Below the pieces are notes generated by a model that was given only the letters and a program-made list of their open reading frames with translations, was not told where the DNA came from and did no database searches. Source: Oikopleura dioica (lineage: Eukaryota > Animalia > Chordata). Taken from it: a DNA stretch of 64,000 nucleotides. Position numbers and translations under genes: made by a program. This document shows, piece after piece, positions 1 through 11,378 of the stretch; the first letter of the stretch is position 1, and the number at the start of each line of letters is the position of its first letter. The stretch is taken from contig OU015569.1 in NCBI GenBank assembly GCA_907165135.1, forward strand, positions 1,240,001 to 1,304,000, written 5' to 3'.

Positions 1-2082
1 GCGAAGGAATATCAGAATAAAAAAGCAGGTGCGGGCGATTCAATGATTCCCTTTGAAACGCCGCAACTTGTGCTGCAGGTCCAGAGCACTCCTAAACAAC
101 GGAAATATTGCGTTCTGCTCGGCGCGCCAAGTAGTAGCTCTCCAATATTCTGCAGCGATGCGTGCCAAAGCTAAACAAGACCTTATTTATGGCACCGTGG
201 TAAACTTTCTCAGGGTTTATTGAATCGCGGATTGATAAATCATCCCTTGCTTACTTTGAAATGATTACTGGCATTAATTATTTTACTGGTGGGATACCAT
301 TTGAGAAGGCACTTTATGTAACCGACTTTCTGTAATTCGAAGTTCGAAAGAAAGAATTTTCTAAAACAGCGAAATTTAAGACAAAATGTTTCGGACTCGC
401 AGTTTGCCCCGAGTGAAGGCACATCGTTTGAGCAAGAACTTTGCCAGCGCAAGAACATTTCAATGTAGCCCAGCTGTTTCCCGAGAAGAGCAACTCGTAT
501 CCCTTGCTCAGCGAAAGAGGTAAACCCTTGCAACAGTAATGCACTCGTATATTTTCTTCCATGATTTCCACAGGCCTGAGCAAAGTTCAAATGGAATAGG
601 GATCTTCTTTCTGGGTCTTGTCTGCCAGATAGACTGTCTATCCTTCTAGTGGGAAACAACAATTTTGACTCGTCAAAACAGCCGACGTAAAATCAAAATA
701 CCACCGTCATATTCTTATCAACTCAGCGTCTTTGTTTCTGGGTTATATAATTTCCACTGATATGAAATACGTCGGGCTTCGGACTTTGAGTTCTTATGAA
801 ATAAAAGTATAGATTTAAAATTTAAATATTGAGTGTACTTGAGAAACTGGTCGAACAGGTTGAAGTTGAAGTATGAAATTTGTTGTTTTTGTTTGTTAGA
901 TCGAAAACATCGATAGGCAAGGGGGTTGAAATCGGGTTGAAAGAGGCGCAGCGGGTGCGCTGACCTCAATCGGCAGCTAGGAAATCGGCAGCTAAAATCC
1001 GCGCCGAAATCCTAGCATGATCGAACCACCATCTGCTCATCGCACTAGGGAAACGCTCGCCGAAAAAAGGCTGAGAAATCCTAGCAAGGGCACTCAACCG
1101 AACCAGTAAATCAGAACGGCGTAACGGTAAATTCCCATTTCCCGCGCAAGTCTACCTTTGAAGTTCTTATCAATATGACTTTACAATGCACTGTCTTCAT
1201 TCTTATCGACGTACCATAAAAAAGATAAATTGTGATTTCAATTGACGAAACTTTTTATTGCCTTTTTTCGTTAAAATTAAAGCAGCCAAGGTTTAATTTT
1301 AAACATCAATTTCGAAGTTCGCAAAAAAATGTTTTCAAAAGAAGTTTTTGGAGACTCAAAAGTTCCATTTCATTTCCTCAAAAATACGATCTCAAAGCTT
1401 ATTCTTTTTGCCTTATCATTTCTTTACGTATCCATTCTATTCACTATAATAAGTTCATTTTCATGAAGAAACCTAACTTGTTGGTTTCCAGGAAATAACT
1501 AGATTTTTAATGAAAAATGAGTTAATTTTGACATGAATTAATTTGATTATCGAAGAGAATTTTTAAAATTTTTAAAATGATTTTTATTGAAAATAATTTT
1601 CTGAAAGACTGTTATGAGTCAGTGGTGTTGGAGGAGGCAAGTTCTACTGGTCAAAGAGTTTATTTTTATTGGGGAAAGAGCGATGTTAATTTATTATTAA
1701 AAAGATTTTTGTTTGGGCGGAGCGAACCAAGTCATCCCCGTCTCGGTAGGAAAAGCGTCGCCGATTTGGAGCTCGATTCTCCGAGGGAGCGCTCTTGCCA
1801 CCCACTCGGGGAGCGTCCAATCACGCGCCGCTTGGAGGCCCGTCGCCAATATTAGCGACACATTTCCTAGCAAACTCAGAGTACACTCGGTGAGCAGATC
1901 GGCTCACACACAGCCACCAGACGCACTCGAAAATAAAGAAATCAAGATTTTGAAAAAATCTCATTTCCGCATTTTCGAGTGAATTCAAGTCTGATTTGCA
2001 CCAGTGTTGTACTATTTTTCTTTTTGTTGTCTAGAGAAACGCGAAAACAAATACAGCTCTGAGATGGTGATTTTGAAATTTA

Positions 2083-2170
2083 ACCGGGTTTAGTTGAGTG
2101 AGGGTCGAAATATCTGCGACCGGAACAGCTTCGTTCGGTCGGGACAATTCTACCCTAGCTCAACCTCGGT
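2083..2170. ncRNA. Candidate pre-miRNA-like imperfect hairpin
   Basis: GTTGAGTGAGGGT (2093-2105) pairs with ACCCTAGCTCAAC (2152-2164). CGACCGGAAC pairs with GTTCGGTCG around a 6-nt loop, giving a stem of about 33 bp. ACCGGG/CTCGGT extends it. Structure only; no expression evidence. Confidence 0.3.
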
Positions 2171-2994
2171 CCATTCGCCCGCCCACGCATAAACTTTTTA
2201 CCGGTTAACTTCGAGAGAAAGAAAGAGAGTCAGAACGGAATCGAGAACCTCGAGAGAAAAAATGGACTTTGTTACAGAATGTTTTTTTGCTAACTTAAAT
2301 TAATAATAGCTAATCAATTATTTAAAAATTAAATTTACAATTTTGGATTGTTTAATTGATGATGAATTAATGAATCATCGCTTCTATTTCTTGTTACTAG
2401 AGCCAGTATTGGCGTTTGTTGAATGCGCTATTTTCAGGCCGCATTTTTCGAAAGATACAGAACGCTACTTGACCAGTCCAAGCCCGGAGCGAAAAAGGGG
2501 GTCGAAGCGGGCTAGATTAGCCAGTTTAAAAAAAGTAAAAAAGGGTATTCGGGCCCGAAGGGGTGTCGCTTCAGACTCCTCCCCGCGCCAAAAAACGGGG
2601 ATCGATACAGGCGCAATAATACAGTGGGGATAATGCAAAAAGGCAATATGCGCAACTACGCTTCTATTTTGATTTTTACCACTCATTGCGAGAATGAGTA
2701 TTTTGAATGGATCGCGGCCCCCGGCTGAGCGCCCCGGCGCTACGAGCCAGAGTTGACCACGCTACTACTGAGTTTTGACGATTCAGCAGCTCTCGGGGGA
2801 GAATTCAAGGTCAACGCCAGCGCACTTCCTAACGCATATCAATAATCAAGCATCTGTATGCAACAGTTTGTGGGAATCAAAATGCTCTGCCAATTTACAA
2901 CGGAAGAAATATGCGAGTGAACGAATAATGAAATAAACGAAACGTAAATAATCGCCTTATCACTTTCAGCGCGTTCTCACAAGACGAAATCAAA

Positions 2995-3943
2995 ATGACG
3001 GAGGAGGACGAGACGCTGTACCGCGGAGTTGATATCATGCTTGATTCGGGTTCGCAAAAAATTGAAAAAACGAGGAGTTATATTTGATTTCCCGAGGGAT
3101 TTTCCCGTCGATTTCGGGTTTTAAAACTTTCATTTTCCCTTTCTTCGCAAAACTACAACTTGAAGTTTTGATCATTTGTCTCTTCCTTGATGTCAGTTAT
3201 TTGAACAATTAGCGAACCCAGTTTTTACCCGCTCATTCGGATCGGATTCTTGATTCTTATGGCGAGTTTATTAAAATGGTCGCTAATGAGTTAGGAAAGG
3301 GCTCGTATTAATCGAATGAAACAAATTCTAATTGGAATCGTGGCTAATTGAATTTCGAAATTCTGCAAGCAAAAATCAAGCCCTGAAAGATGTCGATTTC
3401 GCTGGCTTTACGGTACCACTTTGCCACGGCGATAAATGGCTAGTGAACAAGTCTCCTTTTATCTATGGAAAGCACAAAATCGAGTATGAATCGCGTACTT
3501 ACAAAAAGGTGCGATGAACTTTTTCAGAGCTCTTAACCAGCATTTATTCTTAGGTTGTTCATCTTCAATATTTGACAGAAAGTACAAGGGAAATTCTACT
3601 TTATTATATTGAGTCGCAAGTTCCGCCTGGCGTTGCAATTGAAGTAAGAAGTTACAAACTTGTCGAAATGCCGTCCAAAATGAAGGTTCTATCAACATAT
3701 TCGCCTGTCGCCCATTTTTTATCGTTTTAGGAAGCAATCAAGAACGAGAGCTTAGTCGATTCGGATCTCACGGAAAATGAACGTTTAATGAAACTTGACG
3801 ATATGGAATCCAGAAGAGCGCGAAAAGAGCAATTCGAAATCTACCGAAAACCTTGGAATCCATCTGAATACGATTGGAGGCGAACCGAAATCTCGCAACG
3901 CAAACGTAGACTTCGAACTCCTAATACAAAAGGAAATCTGTAA
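2995..3943 (+). CDS. MRPS10: Mitochondrial ribosomal protein S10 (uS10m), multi-exon, 5' end uncertain
   Basis: Exons give ETLYRGVDI..HSDRILDSYGEFIKMVANELG..NKSPFIYGKHKIEYESRTYKK|VVHLQYLTESTREILLYYIESQVPPGVAIE, matching the uS10m pattern ([54 protein letters not shown]). TAA at 3941-3943 is followed by AATAAA. Some junctions are unresolved. Confidence 0.8.
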
Positions 3944-4329
3944 TAATAAAGCTCTCACAACCGCAAATATTCCAAGAACACTTTTCGCATTTTTAAAATG
4001 TTCTAGGCAAGAGAGAGAATTTTTATCAATATGCCAAAGATTCTTTCGAGAATTTTGAACGGCGCGCAACTTACTAATCCAGGTCTTATCACTCCAACTT
4101 TGCATGGCAAAATCTCCAGATCTATTTGCACACACGCATCAGGTGACCCTCACGCAAGGGATGAAAGAGAAAAAAAAGAGTAATTTTAAGCAAATCCCCA
4201 ATCGTTTCCTCGGGGAAATGCATATGACTTGTACGAGCCGTATGGCTGCTGTGCTATTTATTCTATTAGATAGTTCAGTGAGTTACAGTCTTTTTTAGAA
4301 ATTTGGATTCGATAATTTTCTAAGCAGCA

Positions 4330-5348
4330 ATGGTGAGTTTTCTCGTGGTTATGATTTGAGTTGCTAGGGGATATTCTCAGAGTTATCTTTTTGTATTCGT
4401 AGCTGATGTTGTTGTATGATGTTACGGTCGGATAGAAGGCTATATTTTTAATTCAGGCGAAAGGATCGAAGGCTTCCAAAGCTAAGCGCGTCGCCGCTGC
4501 CCCTTCTTTGGTCAAGAAGCAGAAGACCAAGAAGGTGGAGAACCCCCTTTCCGAGAAGCGACCAAAGAACTTCGGCATCGGCGGAACTGTCCAGCCCAAG
4601 CGAGATCTGACCCGCTTCGTCAAGTGGCCCAAATACGTTCGACTTCAGCGACAGCGGGCTGTCCTCCAGAAGCGACTCAAGGTCCCACCAATGGTCAACC
4701 AGTTTAGCCAGACCCTCGACCGCCAAACTGCCACTGCTTTCTTCAAGCTTGCTGAGAAGTATCGACCAGAGAGCAAGGGCGAAAAGAAAGCTCGACTCTT
4801 GGCTCGAGCTGAGGCCAAGTACGAAGAATTCAAAGTTACCAAAATCATGATTTCGTTTCTAGGGCCGCCGGTAAGGCTGACGAGCCCGCCTTCAAGCGAA
4901 CCAATGTCCTCTCTGTTGGTGTTAACCGAGTTGTTACCGCCGTTGAGAAGAAGAAGGCTTCGCTCGTCGTTATTGCTCACGATGTCGATCCCCTCGAAAT
5001 CGTCCTCTTCCTCCCTACCCTCTGCCGAAAGATGGGCGTCCAGTACTGTATCGTCAAGGTGGTTTAGATTTACAAATCCATATATTTACTCCGTTCAAGG
5101 GAAAAGCTCGACTTGGTCGACTTGTTGGCCTCAAGACCGCTTCTTGCGTCGCTCTCACCGATGTCAATGCTGAGGACAAGAATGCTCTCGCCAAGATTGT
5201 TGAGTCCGTCAACACCAACTACATGGAGCGAGCTGATATGATCCGAAAGACCTGGGGCGGACAGATCATGTCTCAGCGAACGAACAACCGAATCGCCAAG
5301 ATGGAAAAGCTCCGAGCCAAGGAGGAGGCCAAGAAGGCTATTCACTAA
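4330..5348 (+). CDS. RPL7A: 60S ribosomal protein L7a (eL8), 4 exons
   Basis: Exons 4330-4332 (ATG only), 4457-4818, 4863-5058 and 5100-5348, joined by GT-AG introns of 124, 44 and 41 bp. Motifs [62 protein letters not shown] at 5359. Confidence 0.97.
4351..4406 (+). ncRNA. Candidate intronic box C/D snoRNA in RPL7A intron 1
   Basis: Degenerate C box ATGATTT (4351) and D box CTGA (4403-4406). Just upstream, TGTATTCGTA is complementary to the conserved 28S segment UACGAAUACA (rRNA sequence recalled, needs checking). This intron is about three times longer than its neighbours. Confidence 0.4.
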
Positions 5349-5624
5349 CTGCGGAGATAATAAATCTGCACTTGTAAAATGCTAAAGCGACTTCAGTATG
5401 CATGAGAGTCTGAACCTGCTGATCTACTTTGTTTCACTGAAAGCAAAATTAGCAAATGGATTGACTAATTACTTTAATAATCAGAAACGATATAAAAAAT
5501 AAGAACCTATTTAACTTTATCTAACAATTTTGAGAGATTGCATAGTCGGCGCTGTGGAGATCGAAGTCTGTTCTTCACCCTCAGTTTGAAAAAGAGAACG
5601 TTTCTCAAATCAAAGACTAGAAAG

Positions 5625-7504
5625 TTAACGTTTCAAACTCGTAGCAATAAGAGAAATCTCCGCATCTGATATTCTGCAACTGTCGAGATTAGTGTTTTTC
5701 GTTCGTGCAGATTTCTTCGAGCTGCTCGCGTCCCCAGCAGGAACGTACTTTTTGCAGAACACTCGCTGAACGCATCCAATTATTCTGTTCTCCTTGTTGA
5801 TTTCTTACCACTAGGTCTCTTCTGAACTTTCTCCCAAGGAAAGAATATATAATAGCATTTATCATTGGACAGGAAATAAGGAACCAGTCTTTCACATAAA
5901 TCAGCTTGTGGCAAAAATCAACGCCGAAATCGATCTTGGTTAAACGAATGAAATAGAAGAGCAGGCACGGGGCAGAACCCAGAAGAGTGGCAAGAAGGAA
6001 AATCGCTATATTCCTCGAAACTGTCTTTGAGTTGCTCCGAGATTGATTCCCGATCGACGAAAGCATCGTTTCGCTCTGTCGAATCTTTTGTCCAATTTTG
6101 CAGTAAAAGAACACTGAACTAGTAGTAACACAAGGCTGCTGGTATCTGTGCACCTGTAAGCGCAGCAGGTAGGCAAAAACCAAAAATGAATCGCGCTATG
6201 TAATGGGTGGTTTCTCCAACGGAAGTCGGTAAAAGACATTTGCTTAGCGACTCGATCAGGGTTCGGTATTTTGAATTCGCAAAATTATTCGTTTTTCATT
6301 TGAATTTCTATTTATTCGTTTACGAATATTCTCTAATGAGCGAATATGCAAAACGAATGAAAACGAATTTTCTCGGAGAATTTTTCAGAAATTCAGCGAA
6401 TTTCTCAAATATTCGCTTTGCCGCGCGCTCTGATTGGTCGGGCTTTGACGTTGCGCAGCCTATAATTTTATTTTCACCGCCCAAATAACCTTATAGCTCG
6501 CGGGCGCCACCCTTTTCTCGCCCGCGGCCCTGGAGTTCAGCCAATCCAGGGCTGTACGCTCAATTTCGAGCGAATATTCGCCCGAATAGGCGATTCGCGA
6601 ACAATCGCTCATTCTCTTAAGAAAAGAGCATATTCGCTGCGTGTATTGGCGAATTTTTCGACGAATTCAAAATACCGAACCCTGGACTCGATGTCTGGGG
6701 AGTACTCTTTGCACTTAATTATATTATTTCATATTACGGCATAATTCATCATGTACCTGTGATTCTAAATGCAACTTCGTGGCGTTAGAATCTTCAGCTA
6801 AAAATGTAGAAAAGAAGCTGCAATCTTCAAGGGTGTGAGCAGTCCAAACTTTTATACAAGAATAGGTTTCATTTCCTTCGGCATTGATGACTTTCGTGAG
6901 TGAGGAAAAATACATCAGAGGCGCAGAGCATAAAAGCGACCAGGCGAGAATGATGATGGAGAGCAAGGCTATCCTGGGAGCAGGACGGGACTGGCCAAGG
7001 CTGACGCGATGTAGAATGTGATATCGGTCGAAAGCAACAGCTGTGATGACGAGTATCGACACAGTGAGGAAGAACTCTCTTCCCGTATTTTTAAACTTGC
7101 ACCACGCTTTATCCAAAATGCCGTTCGAATCTGAAAAGCTTTCTTCTTGTATTACACGCCAAGGTGGATACAGGCAGAGCGTATGCGCGACTGCCAGCGA
7201 GATTTATATTCTATGCTCAAACAAGTTGTTATACAATGTTTAATAAACATAGTTATTTTAAAAATCTCTGATTAAAAGAAGATCGGCGATTGTCAGTAGA
7301 GTCACGAGAAAGTCCGCGGCGTTCTTTCGCGTCGTTGAAAACGTGACGATGAGGATTATTCCTTCTCTTCGGATACTAACATGTTTTTAAAGAATGCGAG
7401 ATTTGTCAGATCAAGTATCCATTCCGTTCAAGATAATGCCTAGAGCACAGCTAAACTCCCTTTGTAACCGAAAAGCTATTTCTTAAAGGAGCGTACCTGA
7501 ACAT
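5625..7504 (-). CDS. Class A (rhodopsin-like) GPCR, peptide-receptor-like; one exon interrupted by a MITE
   Basis: Spliced reading gives LGIILNG|IILIV (TM1), LTIADLL (TM2), WCK..AFDRY (TM3), FIFGFCLPAALT|VFFYCKI (TM5) and CPMINAIIYSFLGRKFR (TM7). Introns include 7362-7424 (GA-AG) and 6714-6756. The start is uncertain. Confidence 0.9.
6257..6684. mobile_element. hAT-type MITE A (428 bp) inside a GPCR exon
   Basis: Perfect 23-bp TIR CAGGGTTCGGTATTTTGAATTCG. 8-bp TSD GACTCGAT at 6249-6256 and 6685-6692. Many internal ATTCG/CGAAT subterminal motifs. Confidence 0.95.
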
Positions 7505-9257
7505 GATCGTCCAATTTTTTAGCTTGAAATCGTTGCTAGCCTTATTTTAGCTTTCAAATTTAATAAATTTACGAGTCTACTGAAGTAAATTCAAAGGAGG
7601 AGAATATGAGTGTGCGATCTAAAAACGCTTTTGCCCGCGAAATGTCAGTTCGAATCAATAGAAACCATCCGACATTAACTTCGAATTAAATTCGAAAGCC
7701 ATTAACAGAACCTCCGGACCATCCCCATTGCCGCCGGAGTCACAATCTAGAATTACATTAACAGTCTTTAGCAGATACTGTAACATACTGCAAGGTTCAT
7801 CTGGCTGCAGCAAACAGAGTTCCTCGCACAATGCTCTTTCCATAATAGCTTCTTCTTCCTTGTTTTTCTCCTCATAAAACTTTGGAATAGATTTTAACAC
7901 TCCAAGAAAGTATGAATTAGGCACTTTATGAATTGACCGAGACACTAATTCGACTTAAGTTTCAAGCAAATTTTCTTAATTAAAACGAGCTTTTTTCATT
8001 AATATTTAAATCTGTTCCGTCAAGTAATAGAAAGAGCATTCGCATAGCTTCGTTTTGTCGATGTCTTTAATATTTGTCGTCTCATTTTCCTGAGTTCTAG
8101 CTTTCCCGAGCAATAAGACTGCTCCGGACTGATAATGAACGAGGAAAGTTTTTGCGCTGGTTCTCTATTTTCTTTTCTCTCTCTCTGTCTCTCAGTCCGG
8201 TACTGAAAATACAGCGATCATTTTCTAACTGCGCGTCAATCGTAAAACCAAAAAATCGTCACCAGCAGTGCAAATAAAAGATCTAAAACGTTTTCATGTT
8301 TATCGGAGTTTAGGTGTCCCCATCGGGGAATTGCGGCTTCTTTCAGTAAAGCTAAAGTTCCTCTTTTCAGCCTTTTAAATGCAAAGCAAATTATAATTAA
8401 ATCCTCTCATTATAATTTCCCCCATCAAAGCTGATTACCGTTGAAGCAATTATAATCGAACTTCTCTCTCGCGTTTTAACAATTCTCGTCTTCTGCAATT
8501 CAAATTTGAAGTATATAATATTCTTCTACTGCCTTCTACTGCCGATTCACATGTTGGTGTAACCTACTTGAAAGCGGGACTAAGCAAGTAAGTAGGTATA
8601 TTTTACGTCGAATAATGCTTGAAGCGAAAAAGCTCTCTATTCTCTGAGCAAGTGTATGTATTTTAAATTCAAGAGATTAGTCTCTCGCTGGAGATTATAT
8701 AATGCAACTTCGGTGGTACACTTTGAGCTCATAAGAGAAGCATAACTTTCAACTCAATTCATAGATTATTTAAGACGGTGACAGATTCTGAGGTCAATTT
8801 GAAAATAAATAAAAATCGCGTCTTACCTCGCTCTAAATAATCATCAATGGGGAATATTGGATTTCTCTTTCGGGGATTGCGGCCTCTCAAGTCAAGAAAA
8901 GTCTAAGTTAGACTCTAACTTATTGAACTTTTTTTTTAAAAAGAGAAATCATTGTTCGGAAAAAGCCCCGGCGGCAATTTTAGTTTCAAGTACTAGAAAG
9001 AAACGTGGCGTTATCCTTGGACCAAATTTAATTTATTCTTGATGGGAGTTAGTAAATTTTACAGTTAACGGTTTGGAATTAGTAAAAAGGGATAGTTCTA
9101 GAGTAAGCGATTCCTTCTTCTATCGAGCAGGTTCCTGCAGGCCTGAGTTGATTCGATTCGCAGCAAACTTCCGATGGGATAGAGTACATTTGGAAACTGC
9201 CAAGGTCTGTAAGACAGCACATTGGCGTGTGATCTGAATTATAAATCTTCATTATCT

Positions 9258-10991
9258 TCATTGCTTTTTGAAGATCTTACCTATTGTCGAGCTAGAGGTG
9301 GGGGCACAAAGAGACTCGTCGTAGTCCATGAAATTAACGTCAGGAGCACCAATGGTTCCAAGAACGTTGGCGAGCGCCTTGTCGCATTCGCAAATGGCCT
9401 TCTCAAAAGGAGAAGAGGCGTCACAGACGAACGATGTTGGTTCTGGATATTCCCAAAGCGACGAGATCAGTGAGCCTGGTTGGAAGATGTCGACCGAGCA
9501 ACGAGCGCACTTTTTCCAAGCATTTATTGCCAGGTCAACATCGTCAACGATCTTACCCGCATTTTTACGGAATGGCTCGAGCTCGCCACGTCCTGTGCAG
9601 CCGTAATTCCAAAGAGCACTTGCAGTGGCGGCTGCTGCGTCTCCAGACACTCCTCCTGCACCAAAGAAAGATGCGAATCCTGACGCCCAAGCGGACAGCC
9701 ACCAATTGGCATTGACTTTGGCGGCTTGAGCAATGAGTTTGATGCAGACGCGCTCGCTGTTTCGGCCAATTGGATCATATGCGATTGCACAGAGATCGTG
9801 TTCCTTTCCAAATTGATCCGCAGTTGGCGTCCAAGTACAGTCAGATTGTCCAGTTGAGGTGTCGACAGTCGTGCAGGTCATTCCTGCAGGTCCGTTGAAC
9901 ATGATGCGATCCATGTCAACAAATGTGCCGAAGCCAGTACTGTACTCTGAATACCAGCTCATCGACCAGGAACCGTAGAAGCTGTAGACTTCTCCGTTCT
10001 TCGGACTGTCACCAGTGAATGTAGGAAGGCCTTCACAATGAGCTGGTTCGCTGGAGGGATCGCTAACCTGACGACGGCCACGAGAATGGAAATCGTCATG
10101 GTGGTCTTCTTCATTGTCTCCAAAGAGTCCAGTAAAAAGTTGGAAACCGCTCTGCTCCATCAGTCGTTTTTCTTTCTTGCTGGTCGGCATTCCAGGAGTC
10201 CACACTGTTGCCATGAATTGAGCAGGCATTGAACTCCTTAGATTTCCGTCGGCATCGAAATCTTCGACTTGAATCGCGATGGGTTTGATTCCTGACGCAA
10301 ACGTGTCTTGTAAGGGATCGTAAGTGACTTTGCACAGGTCGGCATCAAGAACTAACGAGTCAAAGCGGCCATTGTCACGTGCCAAAGCGCCACCTTCTGC
10401 CATCGTTGCCCATCGACACTTGATGCTGTCTCCATCGGGGTCTACTGGATAGAGATAGAGGCTCTGGTCGCTGCAGCCGGTCATGATGTACCATACAGCG
10501 GGTATGTTGAAGCGCGGTGAGTTGTTTGAAACATCCGCAACGGTCGAAGTGAAGATGTAGTTTCCGTTGAAACTGTTGCCGTCGTCGTCCTGCATGGAGA
10601 TTGTGCAGCAGCCGGAAGAGGTCTGAGTGAACGGCTGAGTTATTGAGAACTCTTCGTCAATCGATCCAAAGCAGTAGTGAGAGTTGACATCCAAGGACGC
10701 TGCCGTTTCAATTTCGGAAACGACATATGTGCCGCTCGTGCCGTTGTTAGCAGCGTCGATCAAGAGTGTTCCGTCTGGGTAAGAGTGAACCTGCTCAGCG
10801 ATCATTTGAGCACTCTCTACCTGGTTGTCGACGTCGTTCTGAGTGCAGCCGCTGCCGTAGCCGTCCATTGATCGTCGCCAAGCCATCGTTCGAGTGACGG
10901 ACATCTCACCGGTTCCAGCGGCGTACTGATAGGAACCTGCTCGGTAGTGGGAAGCAAAAGCGGAGGAGATAACACTCGCCAAAAATTTCAT
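9258..10991 (-). CDS. Intronless secreted protein (577 aa), oikosin-like, with a C-terminal degenerate phospholipase A2-like domain
   Basis: Signal peptide MKFLASVISSAFA, Cys-rich body with SHYRAG, NNSPRF and DPDGD motifs, basic site RGRR. C-terminus NYGCTGRG..GKIVDDVDLAINAWKKC..ICECDKALA has secreted-PLA2 spacing without the catalytic His-Asp. The oikosin label is inference. Confidence 0.85.
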   Translation of the reverse strand: MKFLASVISSAFASHYRAGSYQYAAGTGEMSVTRTMAWRRSMDGYGSGCTQNDVDNQVESAQMIAEQVHSYPDGTLLIDAANNGTSGTYVVSEIETAASLDVNSHYCFGSIDEEFSITQPFTQTSSGCCTISMQDDDGNSFNGNYIFTSTVADVSNNSPRFNIPAVWYIMTGCSDQSLYLYPVDPDGDSIKCRWATMAEGGALARDNGRFDSLVLDADLCKVTYDPLQDTFASGIKPIAIQVEDFDADGNLRSSMPAQFMATVWTPGMPTSKKEKRLMEQSGFQLFTGLFGDNEEDHHDDFHSRGRRQVSDPSSEPAHCEGLPTFTGDSPKNGEVYSFYGSWSMSWYSEYSTGFGTFVDMDRIMFNGPAGMTCTTVDTSTGQSDCTWTPTADQFGKEHDLCAIAYDPIGRNSERVCIKLIAQAAKVNANWWLSAWASGFASFFGAGGVSGDAAAATASALWNYGCTGRGELEPFRKNAGKIVDDVDLAINAWKKCARCSVDIFQPGSLISSLWEYPEPTSFVCDASSPFEKAICECDKALANVLGTIGAPDVNFMDYDESLCAPTSSSTIGKIFKKQ

Positions 10992-11378
10992 ACTTTCAGA
11001 TTTTCTGGGAGGCTCTTTTTTGATGCTCTGTCTGGCACTGAGTTGAATTATATACTGGCTGCTATCTCAAAATGTACACAAATTGAGACACCAAAACATA
11101 CGATAAGATTGGACCGGAGTCCAGCTCGGTGAATTTATCGCTTATATTTTGCCAGAAAACAAGGTTAAGAGCGGTTAGTTCTTTTACGGTTGTTTTTTTA
11201 AAGAACATACGATTCGAGATACCAAGTAATTTCAAGCAAATAAGAACCAATTGAAATGAACAAAATTTCAGTGCTAGAATAATCTAACTGAAATGCCCTG
11301 TGGCACTTTCACGGCGAAATAAATCAGAAGAAAAAATGGAAATGGTATTCACTCCGAAATCGTGCACATAAGAGAATA

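Noticed and set aside
1-969. Possible multi-exon gene on the minus strand at the window edge
   Set aside because: ORF fragments are plausible, but I found no recognisable motif and no confident junctions.
7655-7945. 96-aa ORF on the minus strand
   Set aside because: No domain, no ATG start and no splice link to the GPCR.
9328-10871. Several overlapping short ORFs, and likewise those antisense to the retroelement and other genes
   Set aside because: They are shadow frames of real CDSs with no motifs.
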